Source: Raillietiella orientalis (Eukaryota). Taken from it: a stretch of DNA of 64,000 nt. Within the stretch, counting starts at the first letter, position 1; each line of letters opens with the position of its first letter. The DNA lies in NCBI GenBank assembly GCA_036172245.1, contig JAYWIR010000013.1, positions 1,302,001-1,366,000 of the forward strand, read 5' to 3'. The position numbers and the translations under genes were made by a program. The notes beneath the pieces were generated by a model. It saw only the letters and a program-made list of their open reading frames with translations. It made no database searches and had not been told where the DNA came from. Positions 39,001-50,359 of the stretch are shown one piece after another.

Positions 39001-41462
39001 TGAGTCCTCTCTTTTTGCAGATCATCTCAGTATTTTTAAAGTATTTTGATATTTTTTAAATATGGATACATCAGAAACAAACTAGTAATTGTTTTATTGT
39101 GAATGCTTTGTTTGGAAATGTTAATGACAAACTTTCCACAAAATACTTATTCATTTAAGTAAGTTTCGATTTTCCTTTTTTTTTAAAAAAAATTTCTGGT
39201 TGAACTAAAGGAAAAGGTTGCTTAGCAGTTACTGCAGTAAAATGCACTGTTCAGTTGCATCTCAAAATAGTTTTCGATTAAACATAAACTCTTTTTTCAC
39301 AGTATGAATCTTTTAATTATTCTGATTTAAAAAACCTTGTCTTGAACATGTGGCAATCAACCAGGCTCAATAACAATAGTGGTCACATTAAGAGGAAAAA
39401 AACACAGGTTACAGATTTTTGGAAATGATATCTTGCACAGTCGGTGTTTCATTTCGTCAATTTCAAGAGGAATTGATTAAAGAGCACTTCCTATTCTGAC
39501 AGCCCCTTTCCTTGTTCGTTTGGTCAGATCCATCATAAGCTTCCATGGATACTTGAATTTTGGATTTCAGCTATTTGACTTACCTGTACTTCTCAAGTCG
39601 AGTCTGATGATCCGCTGTATGAAACTGTATATATCAGATTCTTCTAGGAACTGATTTATAAATCGTTAACATGAATATTGTTTGCCAGCAATGAAATTTA
39701 AATGGAGAGAGTGTCAGAATATAAAACAGGGCACATCTGCCGTAATCTCGTTACTTTTTGATACGGACATTGAAAAGTAATGTATCATTTCACATTCCGT
39801 AGTTCGGTTTATTCCTTAGAAAGTAGATAATCTACACAGTCCGCGCAATTCGTGAGCCTCTTCTTTGGAAGATATTTCTTCCAAAATGTCGTAGGCCAAC
39901 ACAAAGGGATATACAAGACTCCATGTGCCCCATGGTGCCATAAAGTCACTGTGAGCACAAGGTTTTGCCATAAGATGTTTAGACTTTTCACTCCCGCATA
40001 AAAACTGGTAGTAGTACCAGTTCTTTAATCGGTGCAGTTGAGTTCACTGTGGTGCAGCTTACATTCGTTAACTGATTTCCATGATCCAGCTAAGTAATTA
40101 TGTTAAATCGTAATCACAAGTAGCATTAATGTTGAAGTACCAAAAAGGCAGAGCAGAAAACTTGTTTAAATTAGGATACGTATCCTTATGGTTTTTCATT
40201 GCACTGATTGAAATTGGATCAACTTATCCTAAAAACGTTCCAAGGTTGTAGACATTTGTGCGATTTCCGACGTTTGTGCAATCATAACGTAACTTTTTTG
40301 ACAATATTGCACTTAGGCTTGGCACGAACCTAAAACCGGGGATTGGGACTTTGTTTTCGTTAGTAATATTCAAAATAAAACCATGTCGTGTTTGCAGAAT
40401 CTTTGTACTAAAGGACACTAGCAGTTTTATGTTGTATTCACATATGTATACATGTTGTTCGCTTTCCACAATTGATTTCAGTGGATTTTTTTTAGTGTGC
40501 CAATAATGTGGCAAATAGAGTTCAAGAAAATGCAAGAAATGTTTTAACAGGAAACTGTGTCATATTGATGAGATCACTTATTGCATACTGTTTCATTTCC
40601 ATACCTTCCTTAAACTGCGTGTTAGATAAGTTACGTTTGTACATGTTGTGTGCTGAGACAGCTTTAAAATGTGGATGTCTCGGACAAGGTATGGGATTCT
40701 GATGAGAAATACAAATGTTTCTCTTCCGCAGCACATGCTTACTTTGGCGAAATTGTTTCATTATTTGGAAATGTGTGGTCAAGTGAAGAGGGACCATTAG
40801 ATTCGGAAGTTTTACTAATTGCATCCAAGTTCTTGTCTTTGCTTGTAGTTGTGCCAGTAAGTGTTACAGGAATTTAATTATCCGAAACATCCTGTTCATA
40901 AGACTATTTTCTTACATATAAGGATCCTCCCCAAAAAAAATTGTGGTATGTAAAGCAGTTGGTCACCTTAACAAATGTTAACCATTGGGAGGAAAAAACC
41001 ATATTACAAGCACAAATTTACATGCAAGTATTGTGTTTGCTTTCTGCATATTTTCAAGAAACCCACATATACCAACTAGAAGGAATAGGTACTATATACA
41101 TAATCAGTAGCACATATGATTCTTGTAGTTGATGGAAATGATGTATTATATGGTTCTAAGCAAACATATTTGGATGAAATTGTTTATGTTGGAGGAGGAA
41201 TTCTTCAAAAGCTGTTTTCCATAATTATGCATTTGAATGCAAATAATCACAAAAATAAAACGGTACGTTCAATGTGTATGATTGAAAAATCTGCTGAATT
41301 TCTACTATACAGAAATCGGCATTAGCACGTGATTGCCTCATGGTGATATTGGCCCATGCTGAATTTAAAGATTTGGAAATCCAATTATTAATAAAGCAGT
41401 TTAAGGCATGTTTGAACACTCAGGATAGTAAAATCTGTGGTACCATTTACATCTGTGAATAA
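24001..41462 (+). CDS. VPS35L: VPS35 endosomal protein-sorting factor-like (Retriever subunit, C16orf62), 19 coding exons, divergent
   Basis: Exons: 24001-24014, 24178-24262, 25259-25348, 26900-26987, 28585-28772, 28864-28985, 31354-31500, 32019-32184, 32616-32773, 33984-34084, 34232-34413, 36145-36291, 38008-38177, 38224-38386, 40496-40688, 40732-40856, 40923-41088, 41129-41262, 41313-41462 (an extra terminal exon 41655-41683 is possible). Motifs LDGRDPL, QRVRALKVVLQCSKLL, YPLKFALITEILDLFGELVYQR, MCKNWFYKISSIHDLVPRIY, VRGIGD, AYCFISIPSL, VDGNDVLYG. Confidence 0.93.
27289..27339. repeat. 22-bp hairpin (1 mismatch, 7-nt loop) in a VPS35L intron
   Basis: TCAAAACTGAGCATTGTCTGTG-TAGTATC-CACAGAAAATGCTCAGTTTTGA. 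Confidence 0.9.
30122..30168. repeat. Inverted repeat with a perfect 17-bp core and 3-nt loop
   Basis: GAAAGCAAGGTTGTTGC-TTG-GCAACAACCTTGCTTTC, extendable by AATC/GATT past one mismatch. Confidence 0.95.
34800..36030 (-). mobile_element. Decayed non-LTR RT remnant in a VPS35L intron
   Basis: Minus-strand relics WLKGLITMV and INLKQRVLRKFDS (DxxKAFDS-like); weak. Confidence 0.3.
39500..40430 (-). mobile_element. Decayed non-LTR RT remnant in a VPS35L intron
   Basis: Minus-strand relics in RT order: PGFRFVPS (QxGFR-like), GVLYIPLCWPTTF (GVxQGxxLSPxLF-like), RDYGRCAL (YADD region). Confidence 0.35.
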
Positions 41463-42415
41463 AAGTTGTTTTTTTATTTTGGCCTCAAATCTTGGACCAG
41501 ACTTGTTTTCTTCCAGATTTATTCTTTGGTGCAGCTTACAAGTTGTTGGGGCAAGTTCCAATTCAAATCAATATAATTCAATGTCAAATCAATATGTGAC
41601 ATTTCATTATGTCAGTGATCAATGAATTAAATCTAATTTTTCTTAAATTCTCAGGTACCTCAAACATTATAGTGAAGTTTTAAAAAACAGGCATACAATC
41701 ACATTCATCAATATTTTAATGGTTGTTTTGAATGTACACATGAATTGCCATTTCGTTAACACAAATGGTGTATGTAAAGGAAATTACTTGTTACCTATGA
41801 GAAGACTGAATTACTTAATTTCATGGCACATATCAACTGCTTACATAAAAAATCATTTTGGTCTTGCAGATTATGCATAGTGTTTATCTAAAACTTACTC
41901 GAATGGAAAGTGCTGATAAATTTAAACTGAAAAATATGATTTTACACGTTTTTTGTGGATGTGCATGCAAGAAAACGAAATTAATGGAGCCCAACAACAA
42001 TTAATTATAAACTATTAAATCATAGCATGATTCAGTCATTAGGTATATTACATTTACAAACATATTTGTCTATAAAATTCTAAAATGTTTTCCATTGCAT
42101 TTGTAGCAGACTTTTTTGGTTTTCTGCTTCAAAATCGTACTCTAGGTTGGACTCTGTTGTGGTATTTACCATGAACTCTTCTTGCACCTTAATTAAGAGG
42201 CTACCTTTTTTGATTTGATGGTAGCTTTCAATTTGCTTGAACTAGATTTGAGTACTGTTAAAAATTGTGCAATGGCATTTTGGTTGGCATTTATCTCTTC
42301 TGTGTGCTGCTGATCAAGTTTTTTTTTACTGAGATTGGAAACATCCTGACATTGTAATGAATTCCATATTGCCATCTGGCGATCAACCTGCAGTTTTATT
42401 AATCTGCACTAGAAT

Positions 42416-44431
42416 CTAAAACCGAAGTTCTCTAATGGCGTTGGGTAAATCTGGTAATTTGATGTCTTTGATCTGCTGTGGAAGATTCATGTTCTTTACA
42501 GCTGACATAGCACGGGCAGGAGCTGTCACTAACCCTGCCTATCATAAAAAAATTTTGATAACGATATGTGACGGAAGTGATCTTTACATCTTGTTTTTCC
42601 AATTTATTTTGTTCTTCTATATGTGTTAAGATCTCTGCTCCATTGGTTTCCAGTACCAAGCCTCCCATTACTAACTCATTGAGGATGTGATGCACCTGCA
42701 AATATACAGTTGTGTCTCCCTTGAACACAATGACACAATTACTCTGCTCTAAAACAGCTGTGAATGAAATATTTCTTTAGTTAAAAACAATTATTCAGAA
42801 TTAAAACTTGAATAATTACTGTGTAGACACAAAACACAAAAATGCAGCAAATAAATTCCATACATAGGAAAGCTCTACTTTGAATACTTCATTTTCAGAA
42901 ATTGATCAAGTTCACAACTTCTCTGGGACACTTAATTTTCTAAAATATCGAAGACCAGCTTTTGGCTAGGCATTCAATGATCATTTAAGAATCAATGATC
43001 ACAACAACCCAACCAAACACTAAACTATCTAGTTGATTTCTAAAATTGTATTCATACTCGTGCCATGGAAGTCAATAACCCTATGTTATACAAATTTACC
43101 AATATATTTATCTATTGGATGCAAACTAACACTTATTTTCACTGAATTATTTGGATGAATTCTTTTAAAAAATTCACTAGACACATATGCAGCAGAGCTG
43201 ATCATGGATATTTCTATTAATAACAAATATTTCAACTAATATCAAAATAAATAGTTCATTAAATAAAGTATAAGAAATTAAGCCTGAATATTTGAAGGCC
43301 AGTTGAATAATTAATTTTTGCTGTTGCTGAGAATTTCCAAGCAGGGCCAAGTTACAATGATTAGCCAACTGGTCAGGTTTCCATCAATATTAACCAGTAA
43401 CTGCATAATCATAAATGCATGCCTCAGAGAAATCATGGGTTTTAAATATTAATTATCACCTATAGGACTGCTTTAATGAGCTCTCTTTGATAGAAGTCCT
43501 TGGAAATTTCCAGTAAAAGAGTAAGAATAAAATGCATCTACAATACACGTAATAAATCAAAATAAAAACTTGCAAACAAAACGCTTGAACTAAAAAAATC
43601 AATTTAAAATCAAAAACACCACCAAGGAATTACTGACCTTATCCATGTGAAAAATGAGATCCAATTCACAAACATTTTCAAAACATTTATCCAGTGTTTC
43701 CACAAATACCTGAATAAGATCTAGAATTCCCAGCTCTGATTCAGATGAATCCACGCAAAATACAAAATATAAGGTGGCATAATGTCGGTAAATCAGTTTA
43801 AAATCTGATCCACCTATCAATCTATAAAATGAGAAAGAACAGAAATAATTTCAATTCATTTGTCTAAAATAAATACTGAAAACCTTGAAATTAAGGACTG
43901 ATATATTGTAATATTACTTTGATTTGGATGTAAACATTATGAAATACATTTGAAACGATTCAATGAATATGCTTATTCAATGAGTACTCAATGAGTAATG
44001 CAAAATAAGGCAGTAAAAAAAATTCACTCAAAAATTACTTCACTAGCATTTTGATAATTAAATTAAACACATCTCTACCTGCCAGCTTCCACAAAGTTGC
44101 AAACACTGTCATCTCTTAAAGATATCAACTGAAAAGTTTCTTTAAGGATTCTTTGCTGAATCTCTTCATTCTAAAACACAAAAGTTTTATAATTCTTGCC
44201 AAGTTTTCGGCAATTTCAGCCTCAATTAAAACGATACTAGGTAAGCTAATTACATTTGCCATGTGAATGTTAACTTATCTTTCAAGCGGTTATAAAATTT
44301 GGCATTAGATACTTAGATTCTCAACGTTTTAATGTTCTCAACGACAATTTGAAATACTTAACTATATGTTGGTAATACTTCATCAGACGTGGTTTTCCAT
44401 TTTTATTAAACACTAAAATGACCTTGATCAT
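42416..44431 (-). CDS. AP3S: AP-3 complex subunit sigma, 5 coding exons, 191 aa
   Basis: Exons (-): 44431-44363, 44170-44079, 43821-43638, 42695-42588, 42538-42416. MIKVILVFNKNGKPRL...IYRHYATLYFVFCVDSSESELGILDLIQVFVETLDKCFENVCELDLIFH...LPQQIKDIKLPDLP. AATAAA follows the stop (42400-42395). Confidence 0.97.
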
Positions 44432-44771
44432 GGTGTTCGTTCCAAGAAAATTCTTATTAATATTTTTTTTTCCTCAGGTTAAGAAGTGACCTGAACGCAT
44501 TTCAGTACATTATACGTACAGACGTTTGCGAACACCCACCTCATCTTTCATCCAAAGAGAGGTCCAGCACTTCATGATGTTTACACGCACAACATTCTTT
44601 GGAGTTTGCATCCCGCTGTTTTACAGACGTTGGGTTTCTGAATTCAGTTGAACGGATCACGCAAAAAAAAGTTGTTCGTTTAAAAAAAAAAAAACGATGA
44701 ACGAAACTTTTCTTAATAGGAAGACGACTTTAGGGAACCTTAAATAGGCAATACTCCCAAAATCGATTTTC

Positions 44772-47274
44772 TTTTTTTAAAGACCAGTAGCGACCCCACG
44801 AGGAGACCGTCACTATTGACCCAGGATGATTCTCACCAGGTTATGCCGGGGCATTTATTACAATTAAGTAATTAAAATACATTTTTGGGGTAGAACGGTT
44901 GGTTGTACCATGAGCAGTGAACCTGCCGAGGACCGTACGCTGACCGGCGAGGTCCGCTTCGGCAGCGTGGGGGAAGGGAATACAAAACACAAACAAATAA
45001 ACAAACAAAACAGGGGAGGGGAATTTATAAACGGGGGGTGGTGAATCGAAGGAGGGATCACGATATGCTACCAATAGTCTTCGGTAGCCTGTTCAGGATG
45101 CTGTCAAGTTCCGTCCGGATAACCCCCAGGTGGAGTCATCTCGAGGAGGTCCTCAGGAATATCCTCTTCCAGTGGATGCAGTCCCGGCCATTTCGGCCTC
45201 TTCTCCTGGCATTCCAGGCTGCCACGATTCCGCGGACGCCGCACAGAACTGCTAAGGACGCGGCTAGCGGCAGAGCGGTACGTGCGAAGAGGAGTTTGAA
45301 ACTGGCCTGGAGCCACACGCCGGGGTTCCTAGCATCGTCGCAAGGAGATCTCAAAGGAGTCGGAGAACAGCACAGTCCAACAACAGGTGCGAGAGAATTG
45401 CCTTCTTCCCGCACCTGTCGCGCTGAGCGCCCACGCCCTTCCATGTCCAGTGGTGAAGGTGCGCTTCGCACAGGATTCCCTCCATGCCCCACCAGCAACT
45501 CCACCACTTCTGCCACTTGAGGGGGAGAGTTGCACTGTTCCAGTACGCTGGGGACCACTTCACCTCCTCCAGATGGATGCCGAGGAGCTCTTCCCAGCGT
45601 TCTGGTCAGTGGAGTGGGACACTCGGGTTCGCAGCGTCCGTCACTTCCCGAGTTGTCAACGCCCCCAGAAGTTTTCGCCGCTATTCAGCAAGTGACTTCC
45701 CACCTTGCCGGGATTACACTGTCCCTTGCGCCCCTTAGGGAAGGCAGCACTGGGGCAAGGGGCGTACAGGAGACCCACCGCATCTTCACCATCTCCTCCA
45801 ACGACTTGCGAGTGTTGACGCCTCGCTGCAGGCAGGCGTGCCCAGACTCGCTTGCGCCATGGATCTTTCCTCAGACGAACTCCTGAAGCCAGGCAGTGCA
45901 GTTCGCGAGGTGGAAGGAGATCCAGGTGCTCTCCTCCACCAGGGCAAGCACCTGGTGGAGTTGGTATATCCTCGAGGTCACCTCAGCAATCTCTCGCGAG
46001 CGATGAGGTACGTGAGTCCCTTCGCAGCCTCTTGCGCACTCCTTAACGCCCTGGTACTGGTGCGCACCAGGACGTTGTCCATAGTTTCGCCGCGAGGGCG
46101 AGTCTTCTAAATTGGGGCCAACACTCTATCCTCTTCAGAGTAAGACCCAGTCCGCCATCCTTACACAGAGCACACAAGTCTTTGAGTCTGACTCTGGACC
46201 TCCCTATGCCCAGAGGGCTTTTATCAGGAGGTCCTTGGCCCGTCTTCCTCTTGACGTCAGGTGGGGCGGGGCAAACAAAAAGCAGGAGGCGGAGGAAGGG
46301 AGCCGCAAACGAGTTCCAAGTAAAACTTGCCGTTCTGGATGAGGGGGCGATCGCCATCTCTACCTTTTGGAGACGGTCGGACCAGTTTCTGCTTGGCAGA
46401 AATCCCCCAACGGAACGCCAAGGTACCTCAAGTACCCGTCCTCTGATTTTTCTTCATCCTTGGCTACGGGTACTTTTTTTTTCGGGTTTTCTTTTTCTTG
46501 GTTCGCTAAGTACCCAAGAACCGTCACGTGCCTCACGGCTCACGTAGCTCTTTAACACTGTTCCATGCCACCCGCGCAAGGTGCGTGTAATTCTTCATGA
46601 TAGGGGGTACCCCAAGAGGGGTCCACCCTATGAATCCAGGAAGGGCTTGGAGTTCTTTGCTCTCACGCCTGGGGAGGGATACCCGAAGGAAGCCTCCACG
46701 CTGGTTCTCTCCGGAAGGACCCTCGGAGGGGTCTGCTCCAATTTTCTTCTCCGAAGGGAACCGGAAAGGATGCGCTAGTAGGAATTTCTTCTCCAGAGGG
46801 GACCCACAGTGGAATCGCTTTCTGTTCACTCCTCTGAAGAGAACCCTGAAGGGACACTTCCGAAATTCAGAAGGGACGCTGCTTCCCCGAAGGGGGATCG
46901 CTCTCACTTCCTTGCACTTTCTGGAGAGGTAGCTTACGCACCTACTCCATCTGAAAGGATCGGAGGGGTCCCCCATGATGGGAGTTCCGCTCTCCGTTGA
47001 CAACCGGAGAGGGAACTCCCACCCCTCGATTCCTCCTCGAAGGACCCGGAGGTCGACTCCCTTTGTTCCGCCCTTCATTAGGGGATTCCGGTTTTAACTA
47101 CTACCGGTGCCATGCTCGAATGTTTGTAGGCCAACCAGCGTCATCTTGCAGGAGGAACTTGGGACCCAACGCGCCGTGGTCAGTTTCTGGCGGAGGATTA
47201 AACCCGCGACACTTGGTAGTGTCGCGCGGAAGCCGTAACCACGAAGCCTCCGACGCGGACGATTCTCATTACAT
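44772..47274 (-). mobile_element. TSD-flanked 2.5-kb internally deleted L1/Tx1-clade element with a tRNA-derived head
   Basis: Direct repeat GAAAATCGA(-) at 47283-47275 and 44771-44763; A7 tail at 44778-44772; 3' stem-loop ~44781-44822; AATAAA in the 3' UTR. ORF2 relics RYLGVPL (~46420), LCALCKDGGLGL (~46170) and zf-RVT ...RCGKKAILSHLLLDC (~45400). A- and B-box-like motifs at 47249 and 47204. Confidence 0.8.
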
Positions 47275-48849
47275 TCGATTTTCAACATCTGCACAGTTTG
47301 GAATAGTTTACCGTTCATTCTAAACAATTTGGCAATTTTTGTGAAGTGCTCAGAGATCTTTCAGTTTCACACGTTAACGACAAAAAGAAAGAACTTTGGA
47401 GATTATCTCTTGCTATCTTAAAAAGCACGTTTCTATTGCTTGCAAAATCTTTCGACCAGTCGTCCGTCTATTAGTATTCCGTGTCTTGTTATACCGATTT
47501 TGGAAAAGACTCGACATCATATTATTCACAATAATTTAAATCAAATAAGCTGTTACATAGGTTATTTGTTGTTTTTAGATTTTCATCAAAGCTCTGCTGC
47601 TGTTTTGTTTCTGGCTAAGGATTTTTTTTCTTCTTCAAAGTCTGAATTTTTTTCCCTCTAACGCAAAGATTTCATGTGGTTTATAGTATCTTCCAGATTT
47701 TCTTTAGGGTCAGGAAAAAGTTCTCAGTTAAGAAAAACCACACATCCTACATTAAAAAATATTTGTCTCACAAAATAGGAGGTTTAGAGAATTTGTAGAG
47801 GCACAATAAAATCATTCTAAGGTAATAAAAATTGAATGTTTTCTTTTTTCTGAATACTTTTGTTCTCAGAAAATGATAGAAAAATATATTTGGGCACTAT
47901 ACTGTACATTAAATGCCACAAGCTCCAAATGAAGAGTGCCTGTATCTAAGCCTCAAATAGTTTGTGATGATACTAGTTAAGAAACTGCAATTATTTTCTC
48001 AGAGGATATCTTTCAATGCGCTCTTGTGAAAAAGGATCTTCGGAAATTTATCTTAATGTTCAGTTTTTTTTTCATTTCTGATACCTTACCTGTAAGACGA
48101 ATGAGCTATAAGTATGCATGCAGAACAAAAAAAAGGGACACATAAAAAAAAAACAATTTTGATCCAGATTACAATAATTGCTTACCAAATATCCAAAAAA
48201 ATTCTGATTGTTTTTGCATCACAGTTTCTCTTCAGGAATGTTTCTTCTTGAAACCCAGGCATTCATGCTTACTTAAGTAAAAACTAGCTGGTCCTTTGTA
48301 AGCAACACAAACAAAGAAAGATAATTGAAAACTTGTAAAAATAGACAAAAGATGTAAATTGATCTCACTTTTCATCTTATCATTAAATCTTGCTTGATTT
48401 ATAAGTTACGAAGCTCCTAATACCTCACAGATTCAGAATCTGTAGAGAAAAGAATTTCAAACACGTTAAAATGAAGCGGAAATTATTTGGTAATTCTTGA
48501 AGTCTTCTTTCTCTACGGAAGTATACTGAATTGAAGATGTTTTTTAATTTTTCGATAAAAAGCAGGAAATAAGAACTTCGAGATTCAGAGTATGTCGAAA
48601 ACTCTCCTTGATTCAGAAAACAAGAAAAAATCACTTTATTGGGAATTAGCATACTTGCACACTGCAAGCTCAATTATGTTCATGTATCACTAGTTTTCAA
48701 TCTAGACAAAGTTTTGGGCATTCAGGGGGAAAAAATGAAGAGAGTGTCTAATATTCGAGATTTGTTTTTGTTGTTTCCTTATCAACCGTATTTTCATTAG
48801 CTTAGATTTCATCGAAAATGAGAAGATGATTGTATCATGTCTGTGTCTC

Positions 48850-49115
48850 AGTTATGCGCTCCCTAAGAAAAAGGTGGACTTGAAGCAAATCCAGGAGCTC
48901 CTGCTATCCTCGACTGCGCTCACGATTCGCACCAAGGACGAAGATGTAGCGGAGGCCCTGATCGAACAGACCATAGTCCTGAATCGGAGAGTGCTACGCG
49001 GGTCAGCAGAAATCTCCATGACGACGGATTCCAACACTGGGGTAACTTGTAACACCAGCCAGGCATGCGGGACTTCTCTCAGTATGCAGAAGTCCAAAAG
49101 GTGGCATTGCGCAAC
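48850..49115 (+). mobile_element. Possible L1/Tx1 ORF1 (RRM-like) fragment
   Basis: GC-rich open frame LTIRTKDEDVAEALIEQTIVLNRRVLR abutting other L1 fragments; assignment tentative. Confidence 0.3.
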
Positions 49116-49139
49116 GGATTTTTTTTTTTTTTTTTTTTC

Positions 49140-50130
49140 AAGAGAGGCGATGGGGCCTCCACAGCAGCAGAGGGGAGGGGCCAAACAAAAAGAAAAATAA
49201 ACAAAATAAAAATAAAACAATTTTGAAGGGATTACAGTCTACTGGGCGAGGTCATCCGCATCCTTTGGAGGATGCTGGCAAGCTCTTGCTTAATGTAAAT
49301 GTCCAGGGGGCGCCGTCTGACCGTTATCCGTAGAAGGAGAAGAGCGAAGTGGATGGCGTCCCTGCTCTGGGTTCCTTCGCTGGAGTCGATCTGCGTCGCT
49401 ACGATTCCACGGAGGCAGCACAGTGCTGCAAGGGCTGCGGATGGCTGCAGGGCGTCCCGCACAAAGAGAAGCCGCATTACGTCTCTGGGGTGGCCGCCGG
49501 GGGTTCCTAGGGTCGGGGCAAAATGTCCCCAAAGGAGCCGGGAGGCAAGACCACTAGGAGGTGAGGAAGGTCCCCACACCTTGCACAGTTTGGTTCCACA
49601 TACCTGTGTCCGGTGATGCCGGCGGGCGTTGCACGGGAGGCCCAATGCCGCAGCAGCAGCGCCGACTCCTGCCAGTTCCAGGGGAGGATGCGGGTGTTCA
49701 TGAGCACCAGGAGCCACTGAAGGTCTTCCTCCGGAATACCCAGCAGCTCGTCCCAGCGCAGAAGTCATCGAGGTGGGGCCCTCGGGGTCGCAGCGTCTGC
49801 AAGCTGAGCCGTCGTCCACTTGTCTAGTCTTTTTCTCCTACCGGAGATTTCGGCACTGACTTCCCATTTTGCTGCGAGGTTGCTGCTCATGTATTCCCTG
49901 AGGGAGAGCAGAGCGGCGGCAAGAAAGGTTTTGCCCTCCCACGCACTCTTCATGGGATCTCTCAGGATCTCCCGGAACGTGCAATTGTTGTTGCGCGCAT
50001 ACAGGGAACGTCGCATGTGTTCCACGATTGGCTCCTGAGTCCTTGTCCTTGTGCGAATGGTTTCCTGCAACCAGGCGCAACTGTTCGCGGGGCGTCACGA
50101 AATTCATCCGTTTTTCCTGGCCAGGGTGGC
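49140..50130 (-). mobile_element. L1/Tx1-clade ORF2 C-terminal fragment plus start of 3' UTR (related subfamily)
   Basis: LLRWDELLGI...NTRILPWNWQ...CARCGDLPHLLVV (zf-RVT), then AALAALCCLRGIVA...RDAIHF...IKQELASILQRM, homologous to the 45 kb and 1.8 kb copies. Confidence 0.75.
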
Positions 50131-50359
50131 CACCTGCCGAAGGTGCAGTCCGCAGTAGATGAGACTGAGAGGACGGCGTGCAAGCTGAAAGATCGTGTCA
50201 CCGGTATATCTTATGGGACGAGACGTTGCCTCATATTTTGAACCATTGCATGAGGCACTCTCATCCCTACACCCTGCTAGGCGCGATGCCATAATAGACA
50301 GGATGCTGGCAGCAGCGGAAGATACCGCAGGATGGCAGTTAATCTCCACGAAGAAGCAC

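Noticed and set aside
42193..42387. Alternative terminal exon of AP3S (64 codons, phase 0)
   Set aside because: The acceptor lacks a pyrimidine tract and overlaps the AATAAA; the canonical C-terminus is already complete and the peptide is unrecognised. Most likely 3' UTR or intergenic.
41462..42416. Functional linkage of the convergent trafficking genes VPS35L and AP3S
   Set aside because: Adjacency alone is not evidence, and overlap of their 3' ends cannot be shown from the sequence.
44781..44822. HDV-like ribozyme at the element 3' end (contains CTCCTCGTGG)
   Set aside because: No room for P2/P4; it folds as a simple terminal stem-loop before the A-tail.
46533..47078. 181-aa minus-strand ORF as ORF1
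   Set aside because: No recognisable ORF1 motif, the homologous copy at 4718-5020 differs by many indels, and the region looks like a structured leader.
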